A DNA stretch of 64,000 nucleotides from Marsupella aquatica (lineage: Eukaryota; Plantae; Marchantiophyta), in contig OZ316895.1 of NCBI GenBank assembly GCA_973895155.1, forward strand, positions 23,830,281 to 23,894,280, given 5' to 3'. Position numbers and translations under genes: made by a program. Shown piece by piece: positions 45,970 through 57,413 of this stretch (positions within the stretch are counted from its first letter, which is position 1; each line of letters starts with the position of its first letter). Below the pieces are notes generated by a model. It was not told the origin of the DNA. It made no database searches and worked only from the letters and a program-made list of their open reading frames with translations.

Positions 45970-46489
45970 CTCCCAGCTGCAGCTAGTAAGTTTGCCCTCT
46001 CAATGGCGATCCTCTCACATTCGCCCCAACCCTCCCCTCGTGAGCCACAACTACTGCATTCGATCGATCTAGGCCCGACTCGGCAGCTTCAAGGCCCGAC
46101 TGTGTACACACAAAGGCAATGTGTAAACATTGCCTGTGTTTTTCTTTGGAAAAAACAAAGGGGGAGGGGAGACAACGTCGGGCCACTCAGGAGTGTCATC
46201 GAGGGGGATTTTGCGGGTAGGGAGGACCGGACGGCCCTCTGTCGGGCTGCGATGTGCCTAGGGGGAGGGGAAGCCCTACTTGGGCCCGGGTTAGGTCACC
46301 TCCAACCGAGTTACTGCTGGCCCAATAGCGCCTCACCACGTGGCGAGCGACCAATCCCAAGGGACCTCGGGTTAAGAACTCTGGTTAAGCTAACCAGTGT
46401 ATGAAAGGGGGACAGCCTAGTAATAAAAATAGTCTGGGGGATGGGTTAACAATAACGACCAGTTTCGGGGACAGGATAGTAAAAAACAG
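45970..46489. repeat. MULE right TIR
   Basis: Reverse complement of 41789-42308. Confidence 0.92.
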
Positions 46490-46815
46490 CAATCCCAAAT
46501 TGCTCGTCTTTTCAGGCATGACACGTAACTTGTGATGAGAAACTCACACTAGGAAGAACACTCCTTTGGACTCCATGATTACGGAATACTAAACATTCCC
46601 ACAGGACAAAATCTTTATATATTTTAATTGAGATATACCATGTTTGAGTGGGAGGGGAAAATGAAGTACTTGCATAGAAGGTGGGAGGGGCAATAATCAA
46701 GGAGGGCTTTTTTCTTTCTCAATTCTTGCCCCTCCGATCCCCCCTTTTCCACCCAATGGGATGGGGCAAGGCAAAATAAAGGTTTTAGTTCTTTGTTTTC
46801 CATAATAGTGTCTCC

Positions 46816-47236
46816 TGTTGAGCATAGACGACGATCGCAACGGCAAGCCCATGAACCATCCAACGCACAATAGTCGACACAAGAGATACGTGGTTCACCT
46901 CCTTGAGGCTACGTCCACGGGAACACACAAGAGAGCTTTACTGAACTCTAAGCCCGTCGGCTATACCGAGTCTCCACAGTGTAAACTCTCCCTATCTCTC
47001 AAGTGGCTCCATAACAATGAGCCTTGGTTCTACCTCTCCAAGCACACATGCCTCTTATGATATAGTGTGCAACTTAGTTGTACCTAACCACATAATTGTA
47101 CCTAATCACGTAGTTGTACCTAACCACATAGTTGTACCTAATCACGTAGTTGTACCTAACCACGTAGTTGTACCAACCCACGTTGTTGTACCAACCATGT
47201 CATACCTAACCTAGACGTAAGAGTAAATACCCAACA
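46816..47236 (-). repeat. Copia 3' LTR containing an 18-bp internal tandem array (GTTGTACCTAACCACATA-like, ~6-7 copies)
   Basis: Direct repeat of 49482-49902 with about 5 substitutions counted by eye. Confidence 0.95.
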
Positions 47237-47427
47237 ATCTTCCCCTTGACTCTGGTCTAGGGGAGAGTAATACTGCCAATGTATATGATCCCTCAGCGGG
47301 AAGTTCTGGACAGAAACCAAACCGGTTTCCCTCTCTAACTAGAGCAAACCAGAACTAAGCCGTAGCCTAATACATAGGAATGAGAAAGAGCATATATCAG
47401 TAATTACAATGAATGTTTAAGAAAACT

Positions 47428-49467
47428 CTACTTGTGATGCAATTGCAAAACCTGCAATACGTCACGGTGTCTAGAGAAACTCTCCAAAGGAATCACTTTG
47501 GTAAATGCGTCAGCCGGGTTGAGTTTACCATCAATCTTGACTAGCTCAAACAAATTATCAGACACAGCCTGCCTGATAAAATGGTACCTGGCGTCAATGT
47601 GCTTCACTCTGCTGTCCATCACCTGGTTCACAGCAAGGTGGAGCGCACTTTGACTATCACAATGGAGCTTCACATTCCCCTGTGGCAATCCCATTTCAGT
47701 GATAAGTCTATCCAACCAAATCGCTTCCTTTGCTGCTTCCGCAGCTGCAACATACTCCGCTTCTGTAGTAGATTGAGCAATACACTTCTGCAAAGTAGAC
47801 CTCCAACTTATGCATCCACCGCCAAGTGTGAACACGTATCCTGTTGTTGATCTCCTTCGGTCCAAATCTTGTCCATAGTCAGAATCTACATAGCCAATCA
47901 ATGATCTAGCATTCTTTGCATTCGCATCAAATAAAAGACCATGATCCACGGTACCCTTCAAGTACCTGATAATCCACTTCACTGCTTCCTAGTGTACCTT
48001 CCCTGGATTCGACATGTACCTGCTCACCTTGCCCATAGCCATGGCAAGATCAGGTCTAGTGCAAGTCATCAAATACATGAGACTCCCCACTGCCTTGTCA
48101 TATGGAACCTTTGACATCAACCCCTTCTCTGTGTCATCCGTAGGACAGAACGCTGATGATAACTTGAAGTGTGGAGCCAACGGGGTACTTACTGGCTTGC
48201 TATTCTCCATGTTGAACCTTGCAATTACCTTCCTCGCATAACTGCTCTGCGTCAACCATAGCTTGCCAGCCTCCAAGTCCCTAGTGATCTCGATACCCAA
48301 AATCCTCTTAGCTGGCCCTAAGTCCTTCATCTTAAACTCTGCACTAAGCAGTGCCTTGAGCTTAACAATCTCAGACCTATCCTTGGCTGCAATTAGCATG
48401 TCATCCACATAAAGTACTAAAACAATGAACCCAAAGACAACATTCTTCACCGGTTTCAAATACACACAAGGGTCAAATACACTTCTGTGAAAACCTTGTG
48501 ACCGAATCCAATCATCAAACCGCTTGTTCCACTGTCTTGGTGATTGCTTCAACCCATACAAGGATTTCAGCAATCTGCAAACCAATTCCTCCTATCCTCT
48601 CTTCACAAAACCTAGCGGTTGTCTCATGAAGATCACCTCTTCCAATGTGCCATAGAGGAAAGCTGTGACAACATCCATCTGATCTAGGAGCAGACCAAAC
48701 ATTACAACAAGTACACACAATAGTCGTATTGTAGAGTACTTAGCAACTGGTGAGAAGACCTCATTATAATCCACACCTTTCTCTTGTGTGAATCCCTTTG
48801 CTACCAATCTAGCCTTGTAGACCTTCGATCCACCTCCTATGGAATTATCCTTTAGCTTGTAAATCCACTTGCTGTCCACCACTTGCTGACCCTTAGGCAG
48901 CTTAACAAGCTCCCAAGTTTTGTTGTCCTTTAGTGACTGCATCTCCGTTTGCATTGTTGCAGTCCACTTCTGCTTCTCCTTTGAAGCACTTGCCTCATGA
49001 AATGAAGAAGGTTCTCCTTCTTCCAAAATTAACGCATCACCCTCATCATCAGCTGTAAAATCATCCTCTTGCAGTTGAGATGAATCAACCCACTGTCCAT
49101 ACCTTGATGGAGCGCGTACAGTGCGACCAGATGTTCTTCTAGTCGATGACTCCGGTTGATCTGCGTGTGCTGGTACAATTTGAAGCTCAACAGCATCCAC
49201 TTGCTGCTCACCAGCATCAACAAACTCCTCTGGTTCCTCTGGCACAGGAACCAGCTCCATAATTGGAGCAACTCCTTCTCTCCGGTCATGCACCTCATAA
49301 CCAATCTCCCCCTCAACGAGATCCGGGATAGGAGATTTTCCTTTGTTAGTACGGGAGACCTGAGTATTCTCCTCCTCCTTCAATAATCTGGATTCATTGA
49401 AGGAAACATCCCTACTGACAACGAGCTTACAGGCAATAGGATCCCATAGCCTATAGGCTTTCACACC
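47428..49467 (-). pseudogene. Copia pol remnant: post-integrase SH3-like motif, RT and RNase H, with two in-frame TAG stops
   Basis: Motifs GVKAYRLWD, YKARLVAKGF, QMDVVTAFL, SLYGLKQSPRQW, LYVDDML, GYVDSD and KHID. Stops lie at 48592-48594 and 47989-47991. Confidence 0.93.
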
Positions 49468-49481
49468 GCTCTGATACCAAT

Positions 49482-49902
49482 TGTTGAGCATAGACGACGA
49501 TCGCAACGGCAAGCCCATGAACCATCCAACGCACAATAGTCGACACAAGAGATACGTGGTTCACCTCCTTGAGGCTACGTCCACGGGAACACACAAGAGA
49601 GCTTTACTGAACTCTAAGCCCGTCGGCTATACCGAGTCTCCACAGTGTAAGCTCTCCCTATCTCTCAAGTGGCTCCATAACAATGAGCCTTGGTTCTACC
49701 TCTCCAAGCACACATGCCTCTTATGATATAGTGTGCAACTTAGTTGTACCTAACCACATAGTTGTACCTAATCACGTAGTTGTACCTAACCACATAGTTA
49801 TACCTAATCACGTAGTTGTACCTAACCACGTAGTTATACCAACCCACGTTGTTGTACCAACCACGTCATACCTAACCTAGACGTAAGAGTAAATACCCAA
49901 CA
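49482..49902 (-). repeat. Copia 5' LTR
   Basis: Direct repeat of 46816-47236, adjacent to the PBS. Confidence 0.95.
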
Positions 49903-50813
49903 TCTCCCTCATCCTCTTTTCTTTGATCCTCTACCATCCCATAATTCCTTATTTTGCTCCTTAACTTTAACATTGGTTCAAAATTTTGTAAGACGGCCAC
50001 AATAAAGAAAACACAAACCACAGTTTATGGGTGCAAACCTCTCATTGTTTGCTGCTTACTTGTCAATATGAAACACTATATTTTTGGTTACTATTGTGAC
50101 AGTGTTGTTGTACATCAAAGAGGATGAAGATGAGAGCATGTGGATAAAATGGGTGTCATCAACAGTCCAAGCATGGTTGTAAGATAGAAAGGAGCACTTT
50201 TTGTTTTCATTTATCATTTCCAAGCATGGTTGTTAGATAGAAAGGAGCACTTTTTGTTTTCATTTTTCATTTTTAACTCGACTTGCAGTGGAAATTTTCC
50301 CTTCATGGATAACTTTATTTTCTCAACATTTTCCATTTTGTTGGGTTGTCCTTGCTCAATGTACGAGGCAGAAAAAGTTGTCAATGGCCTTCAAAATTGC
50401 TGCATTAAGAAAGTGCCAGAAACTAAAGGGACAGATTTCCTGACACCCCAATAGACTAGAAATTGTGATGAAGATCTAGATGAGAGATATGCTTAGTAGA
50501 CCCCCTTATGTAAAAAGTTTGCTTAATCAACCTCCTCAATACTTTTCCCCAATCTGGACCGTTGATGGCCAGACCTTTCGATCTCAGATCTGGACCGTTG
50601 ATAGAACTCCGGGATAGCTCAAGTAACAAGTTTCATTTTGGGACTAGATCAAGCAAAATACCTCAAATCTGGATCATCATATTTTGATGTCAAGAAAAAG
50701 GAAGTTTCATTTTCGTATTTCACAATCAATTATGATACGATACGAAGGATTCAGTCCTCATTGGGAATGAGTAACCGATCATAATTAGCTCTCATTCAGA
50801 ATGAGTGACTGAT

Positions 50814-51405
50814 CATATAGCATGCTCATCCTGGAACATGCTTCATTTTTTGTTTTTTAATGATATACAGATGTTCTAATTAAAATATAAACAAGACATT
50901 GACTAGGAAGACATACAAAGACTACAGTCTGTGATATTGAAACATGTGCACATAAGGTACAAAAATAAAAGTACACATATAAAGAAAAATAATAATGAAC
51001 AGGAAAGTTTAAGTTTATGGGATGTGCACATAATGTACATGAGTAGAGATGCTTATGTTACTTATGTACTTATTTTAAGTAATGACACTCAAAATAATTA
51101 AAACCATAAATTTAGGACACAAAATCATGAGTAGTGTTTAAAGACATAAGGTGTACACATTATTTAGATCATTTCTTCTGTACTCATGAAATAAGGGCTA
51201 GAAATTCAACGAGCTTTGTTACAAGGTGGATGATCTTAAAATATAGCAAAGATTTAAAAAAATTAGCAGGGTACCAGAATAAATTGGAAATCTAAACTAT
51301 ACAAGGGATGCACCTTGGTAAGACACATTGAAATAAAAATACATAACAAAAGAAATTTGAATAAGACAAAATACTGAAAATTGCATTCATCATATAGCAG
51401 CTTCA
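50814..51405. mobile_element. Small non-coding dispersed element, copy 2 (same family as 39742-40266)
   Basis: Same termini as copy 1. It interrupts a local degenerate repeat, and ATCATA is present at both junctions (50812-50817 and 51411-51416). Confidence 0.7.
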
Positions 51406-51672
51406 AAATAATCATAGTTAGCTCTCATTTGGCTGCGGAGTCAGAGAGTTTCGACAGCAATCAATTATGATACAAAAAGATTTAGTCCGCATTTAGATTG
51501 AGTAGCAGATCGCAGTTATCTCTCTTTCGGCTGCGCAGTCAAAGAATTTGGGACGAAGTTAATGATCCGACTGCTACCCATCATCCTCCGCGGACCGCGG
51601 TACAGCAATTGTACAGCACAGGTCTTCGCAGGAATTATTCAATGCATTCATCCATCGAAATAGAGAAGAGTC

Positions 51673-51998
51673 TGTGCTGCATTTCATCGATCCAAGCTCC
51701 ACAACACGGAGAGGAGCTATCTGATGTGAAGCTTTTGTGCTGCATTCAATCGATCCAAGCTCCTCAAACGGAGAGGAGCTATGTGATGTGAAGCTTTTGT
51801 GCTGCATTTCATCGATGCAAGCTCCACAAACGGAGAGCCGGAGAGGAGCTATCTGATGTGAAGCTTTTGTGCTGCATTTAATGGATCCAAGCTCCTCAAA
51901 CGGAGAGGAGCTATGTGATGTGAAGCTTTTGTGCTGCATTTCATCGATGCAAGCTCCACGAACGGAGAGCCGGAGAGGAGCTATCTGATGTGAAGCTC
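51673..51998. repeat. Tandem array of ~62-70-bp units (~5 copies) upstream of the SET gene
   Basis: GTGCTGCATT..ATCGAT.CAAGCTCC.CAAACGGAGAGGAGCTAT.TGATGTGAAGCTTTT is repeated, with alternating variants. Confidence 0.9.
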
Positions 51999-52178
51999 GT
52001 TAGATTCCCGAGTTCAGAAAATAGAGGACTCAAGCTGATCGTGAAGCTAGACTGACCTGAATCTCGTGGGATTCTCGAGAGTCAAGACCATATAGGTGTA
52101 TGAGTGTCTATCGGTTAGTCTCTCAACTCAAGAAGAATCCTTTCTGAGCTAGCTCGTGAATCTCTTCAGAGCCCGATA

Positions 52179-54239
52179 ATGGAGTGCGATGGCGTCACTG
52201 TGAGGGAGCTCTTTCACGAGCTTGACCTCAAGAGAACGCACTATGATAAAGTTCTTCACGGTCAGTTTCGTAGAGAGTTTATGCTGAGGAACGAAGGCGA
52301 GGGTGACGGTGCGAGCCAGGATCTTGCAACGCTTCTGGTGGACTCAAATGGGGATGCTATTCCTGTCCACACAAGCATGCTCTTGTGGCCGACTGCATGC
52401 ACGCACACGGGAGAACTGTTGTGCGTTTCCCTTGGAAGGAGAGTGGCCATCAAAGAGCCGTACGTTGAGATAAGCAGTGATGGAATGTATGTCATACGAG
52501 TGCTCAATCCTGCAGACGTGTTTCTGCTCGATGGCCATTCACCTGCAAATGCAACTGATGCCACCCGGATGGAAGACCTCCAGAGGATCCGCCTTGAAGG
52601 TAATCATTTCTTCGTCAAAGAGAATTGGGCCGTAGCGGTGGAAAGGTACTCACAATGCATCGCCGAGGCTGACGACTGTGGCACAGTTAGCCAGGAGGAT
52701 CTCAACAGTGTCCTCCTGTTGGCGTACACGAACAGGGCAGAGGCCAGGTTGCGATTGCATCACTACGAGCATGCTTTGAGTGATGCAGACGAGGTTCTTA
52801 AAATTAATCCCAATCACGTCAAGTCCTTAGTACGGAAAGGAAAAGCCGAACATGGTCTCGGACTCTTTCGGGAATCTTGCAAGGCTTTCAAAGTCGCTCT
52901 TGCACATTCTCCAGAAGATCAGCCAATCACAAAATGCCTGATGGCCAGCACCACCTCCTTGGAGCAATCTAGTACTGGGAAGTTTGAGCTGCATGAATAT
53001 GTGGGCAGGGGTTGTAGTGGCGGAGTCCGGTCCTATGCTGATTTCGTGGGACCGGTGGAAATCCGCCGAGTGAGTTATCTCAACGGGGGCAGAGGGCTGT
53101 TTGCAACGAGAAATGTTGAAGCTGGCGAGCTTCTTCTCGTAAACAATGCACTGGCTTGTGTAGCGGAAGATCAGAACTGGCACCAAAAATTGCTTGTAAA
53201 GCTTGCTAAGCGTGTGACGACATCCAAGCGTCAGATGGCTCAGTTATACAGCCTCGTCAGGTATGGACAACAGGTCATTCCTGTACCATCGATGGAGTTG
53301 TTCAGACCAGGAAGCAGGTGGTTTCCCCCCGGCTCGGAAAATTTAGAATTTGATGTGGGCGTCATCCTCGACGTACTTGGATTGAATGCCTGTACCATTG
53401 CAGACGATACTCTGGGCGCAGGTAATTGTGAATCCCCTTCTATTGCTGGTGTGTGGGGTATTGCATCGTTTGCGAATCACTCATGCACCCCAAATATCTT
53501 TCATTTCGCAATCGGGGATGCGATATTCTTCCGAGCGTGTGTGGATGTCAAGAAAGGGGAGGAGCTGACTACTACGTACCTGGATGGCATTGGCCTCTTG
53601 AAGGACGTTGAACAGCGTCAAGCGAACCTGAGGGAGGGATGGGTCTTTACATGCAAATGTGCGCGATGCGTCTTGGAAGAATCCCTCCGGCCACAGCTGT
53701 GGAAGATCAGAGTCAAATTCGATGAGCTTGTGCTGGCTAAAAGCAAGATGTCCTACAAATTCCAACTGTGGCCTGGTATAGAGCAGCTTGCCAACTTTGG
53801 TGCAAAAAATGAACTTGTGCGTAGTGCCAAGGATCTCGCCAGGATTGCCGATCGAGTCGAAGATGCGATAGAGTCTAATAACTCCAAACTCACACCCAAA
53901 GAGAAGGATTGGATTCGGGTAACGTTCCTCCCTGCTTTCGAGGCGAGGGTTATCTTGGCAATGGAGAAAGGTAACACGCAATCTACAATCTCGGCCCTCA
54001 AATTGGTCTTCGATTCGACGACCACCGTCTGGGTGAATTTTACAGCGGTGAAGGATGCTTTTTATCTGCTAGAAGAAGTAGAGGAAAGCTATTCCACTGA
54101 GAGTGAAGCATACCGGCTTACTCATGATCGAGTGCTGGCCATCTTTACGGGAGTCTTTGGCAAGGTGGCGACGGGCAATATCCCGAAGCTGGTCAATCTG
54201 TGCATGAGCAATTTGAATATCAGTGACATGGGAAGGTGA
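52179..54239 (+). CDS. TPR + SET-domain lysine methyltransferase (SMYD-like), intronless, 686 aa
   Basis: TPR repeats (LEGNHFF...YSQCI; YTNRAEARLRL..YEHALSDA; KSLVRKGKA). SET motifs GRGLFATRNVEAGELL, ASFANHSCTPN and GEELTTTY, and post-SET WVFTCKCARC. Confidence 0.9.
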   Translation: MECDGVTVRELFHELDLKRTHYDKVLHGQFRREFMLRNEGEGDGASQDLATLLVDSNGDAIPVHTSMLLWPTACTHTGELLCVSLGRRVAIKEPYVEISSDGMYVIRVLNPADVFLLDGHSPANATDATRMEDLQRIRLEGNHFFVKENWAVAVERYSQCIAEADDCGTVSQEDLNSVLLLAYTNRAEARLRLHHYEHALSDADEVLKINPNHVKSLVRKGKAEHGLGLFRESCKAFKVALAHSPEDQPITKCLMASTTSLEQSSTGKFELHEYVGRGCSGGVRSYADFVGPVEIRRVSYLNGGRGLFATRNVEAGELLLVNNALACVAEDQNWHQKLLVKLAKRVTTSKRQMAQLYSLVRYGQQVIPVPSMELFRPGSRWFPPGSENLEFDVGVILDVLGLNACTIADDTLGAGNCESPSIAGVWGIASFANHSCTPNIFHFAIGDAIFFRACVDVKKGEELTTTYLDGIGLLKDVEQRQANLREGWVFTCKCARCVLEESLRPQLWKIRVKFDELVLAKSKMSYKFQLWPGIEQLANFGAKNELVRSAKDLARIADRVEDAIESNNSKLTPKEKDWIRVTFLPAFEARVILAMEKGNTQSTISALKLVFDSTTTVWVNFTAVKDAFYLLEEVEESYSTESEAYRLTHDRVLAIFTGVFGKVATGNIPKLVNLCMSNLNISDMGR

Positions 54240-57200
54240 AGTCACGAATGATTCTGTATGGTGATCGCCGAGGGTTGCTGGAGATGTCCAGGATTGTAGA
54301 GTCTTTGTTGGTAGAGTGTATTGAATCTGTCTGTTTCCCTCGCTGCTGTTAGATGTTATAAAGGAGATCATCAGCAAAATTTTGGACTTTATAGAAGTTG
54401 TGTATGAGTCGTCGAGTAAACCTTTTCTGTTCATCTCACTTCGTCTTACATGTTCGCCTCCGGCTCTGTGTGACAAGTATCGGTCTACTAGTCTGCCCGG
54501 GTCTCTCTCTCTCAGAAGTGCTAATTATAAGTAGCCTAGTTCAGAACTTGAAACTGCTCATAGCCTGATATTGAGCTTACAGCCGATTGAAGCTTCTCGA
54601 ATTGGAGGTGACCTTCCGCCGCCTGACAGAAACTCTCGACCAAGCGCTCGAAAATCTTCGAAGACGGAAGTGTCATCCTCATTGAGAATAAGATGAGAAG
54701 TTCGTGATAGGATCCTGGTCAACCCATATTAGATGATGGAAGTGGTGGTAGGAGGGGCCATCTTAAATCTCGGCCCCAGTCAAAACTTCACTGAAGAAAG
54801 AGACTCATAGATTTAGATTTCAACGTAGACTTAGCTATTGTACACTTACAAACGCGGGAGACGAAAGTTTGGTTATCAATATGTCCACTCAATATTAATC
54901 TCAATCCAGTACGGAGCATCGTAGAGGATCGATGGGTGCTGATGGGAAGCGATTTACAACCGGACCAAAGTCACTGCAATTTGAGTCGAGTCGATAACCC
55001 ACCAGCTCGTTGAAGCTTACTGCGATATCAAACCCACCAAACTCCTTTTCGTTTTGGTTTTGATTCCAGCCTTGGGAGACGGCTTTAGCTTTCTCTGTTT
55101 CTCACCATGTCCCCTGTGTAAACACACTACTGTAAATAAAGGAGGTATCTTTTGTTAGCGTATATTTTCTTGCTTGGAAAACTTTCAAGACTATCAGCTT
55201 TCTCTATTCTATCGATGCAAGTCCTGTACTGTCCACTGGGATGTGGTGATTCTTCACCCTCGTATTCCTTCCGCTTAGGTTCAGTTTCAACGACAGGGTT
55301 TTACTACATGTACACGTTTTTATCAAATCGAATGCCAGTCAAATAAGGCTCTTGTTTGGGAGCCTGCGGCAGATAGCTGTACGAGTTGGCTGTTTTTTGC
55401 ACTAAACTCACTATTCAAACTGGAGACAGCTTCCTCAATTTCAAGATCTTTGTACCAATGACGCCTCTGACAGGTAGGGTCGTTAACCCAGACCTCAGTC
55501 ATCAGAAGAATCTACAGATAAGCTCGCAGCAAGTGTCCACTCTTCGGCACCCTGTGCTTTCACTTAGGCAGAATCTTCTTCTGGCATTTTGAAGTCGTCC
55601 TGGCTAGCTGGTGTTCTCGTATAGTGGTTCATAGACTACAGAAGCCTCAGATCTGATTCGAAGTTCGTTGTAAGAAACCACTCCAATTCGATCACATTGA
55701 TTCTGAGGCACATAGGAACTCCAATTCAATCATTGAGTCAAAGAAAGAGCGAGGCACATAGGGAGTAAGTCGAGTATTGCATTTAAACCGCTACCGTCCA
55801 TTTTCATAACCTGGTGGATCGAGGTCACCATAGTTAATCGATAATGTTCTGTATTAAAGTGAGAAAGTAAGGAGCAATGTTTTTAACAGAGTAATAAATG
55901 AAGTCAAAAGTGATTATACGTTACTCCGACAACTTCTGGGACAGTAACGGTTTTATTGGGGTTTTCATAATAGACTAACTACCATCGGACAAATTTTCCG
56001 GACGACAAGTTTCCCCGTCCAAGTGGTGCACAGATTAGTAACAAGGTCTCAACTGAGATTACCGATGACAAATCCACGATCCTGCTACAGTAGATGTTCG
56101 TTAACCACTGGCGATACGGCCAAATATCTAAGTATCCCACCTGTACGAGCCATGATATGAAGTACCTTTGTGATTCTGAGCATTCGAATTTAACAGGAGA
56201 TTAACACACGAAGTTCATAGACTAAAATACAAATTACACCTCCGATTGCCAGAGTGACTTAAACTGGATGTGTCCGACAACACTTTCGTTAATTGGAGGA
56301 GGTTTAGGGCGACAGTAAGATGGCAAGTCTTGAAACTTCACAGTGCAATGATTTTGTATTCGATTTATTAATGCACGGCAAAGTATTTCAAGGCAATGCA
56401 GTATGAGGTAACCTAGACGGGTGCATTAACAATAATAATCTCGATCTCAAGTACCTTCTATGGACAAGCAGACACCTTCCTGTTAGATCGCCAAATCAAA
56501 TCCGAGCAATTCGGAGCTTGAGCTTAGATTTGGTTTCAAACTTCTCTACTGACATTAATAACCAACATTGAATGACTCGCCTACCTAATAAACTTACACC
56601 GCCTTGTAACAACCTAACAAAGCCATGGCATTCAAGGAGTAGATATGAATGTAGTAGTTGTCTATATCCCGGCAGTAGGAAGTAGAACAGTGCTTCTGTA
56701 TCATTAAACTGATTTTACAATAAACTAACTAGTTGGAAGATGTTACAAACACTCCGAATCCTACGACTCCACCAGCATTTTACGTGTATGAAGCCTCAGT
56801 AGAGGAGGGGGAGTAGTAGAGTTGGGACCGTTGGTAGTATCTTCCAAAATAGATGCAGCTCCAGATAAGGACATCATATCCTGTAGACCATATGATCCCA
56901 TGATCAGAAATTCATAACCAGAGATAAATAACCAGGAGAGATTAAGACAAGGTGTTCGTGGACTGCAGTAAGCAACAAAACCAACTGCAATCTAATCATC
57001 AAGTATTGATCGAGAGTACACTCCATTCAGCAGGATTCAACTGAAATGACCCAAATGACTAGAATAGAGCTTCAAGGTATTGACTTACTTAGGTGAATCA
57101 AGAATTGTCTTCCAAAAATGACAAGGTTGCCATCATTGTCCCCTGTGATGGAAAATCTGTTGGGTAACGATACCTCCTATGATGTGTAGAGCTCACTTTC

Positions 57201-57413
57201 CCCCTTGATGGAACATCGGTTGTAACAGAAAGAAAAACCAGATCCAATTGTCAAGAAACATTCCTATCCACATAGTCCATAGGCTTTGAGATCTAGCCCA
57301 AAGTCTCTTGTGAACACTTCCTCATTCGGGATAAATACTTGCAAGCAATATAAAGAGGAAATACACAAAAGCCCAATTGAAGAAAGGAACAACACAGGGA
57401 TGGTTCTTAATAC

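Larger units (their letters stand above)
41789..46489 (+). mobile_element. Mutator-like element (MULE), 4.7 kb, ~520-bp TIRs, 10-bp TSD CAATCCCAAA, two convergent genes
   Basis: TSD at 41779-41788 and 46490-46499. Termini CCGTTTTTTACTATCCTGTCCCCG... and ...CGGGGACAGGATAGTAAAAAACAG. A MULE transposase lies inside. Confidence 0.95.
46816..49902 (-). mobile_element. Ty1/Copia LTR retrotransposon, internally deleted (no gag, protease or integrase core), 421-bp LTRs, 5-bp TSD TCTCC
   Basis: TG...CA LTRs at 46816-47236 and 49482-49902. TSD at 46811-46815 and 49903-49907. Met-tRNA PBS TGGTATCAGAGC on the minus strand at 49479-49468. PPT next to 47237. Confidence 0.96.

Noticed and set aside
41903-46404. 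Twin ORFs MAILSHSPQPSPREPQ... at 41903-42274 (-) and 46003-46404 (+)
   Set aside because: They are mirror translations of the MULE TIRs pointing outwards, with no domain and different stops.
51673-51998. Regularly spaced repeats resembling a CRISPR array
   Set aside because: The units are head-to-tail with no unique spacers, there are no cas genes, and the context is eukaryotic. It is a minisatellite.
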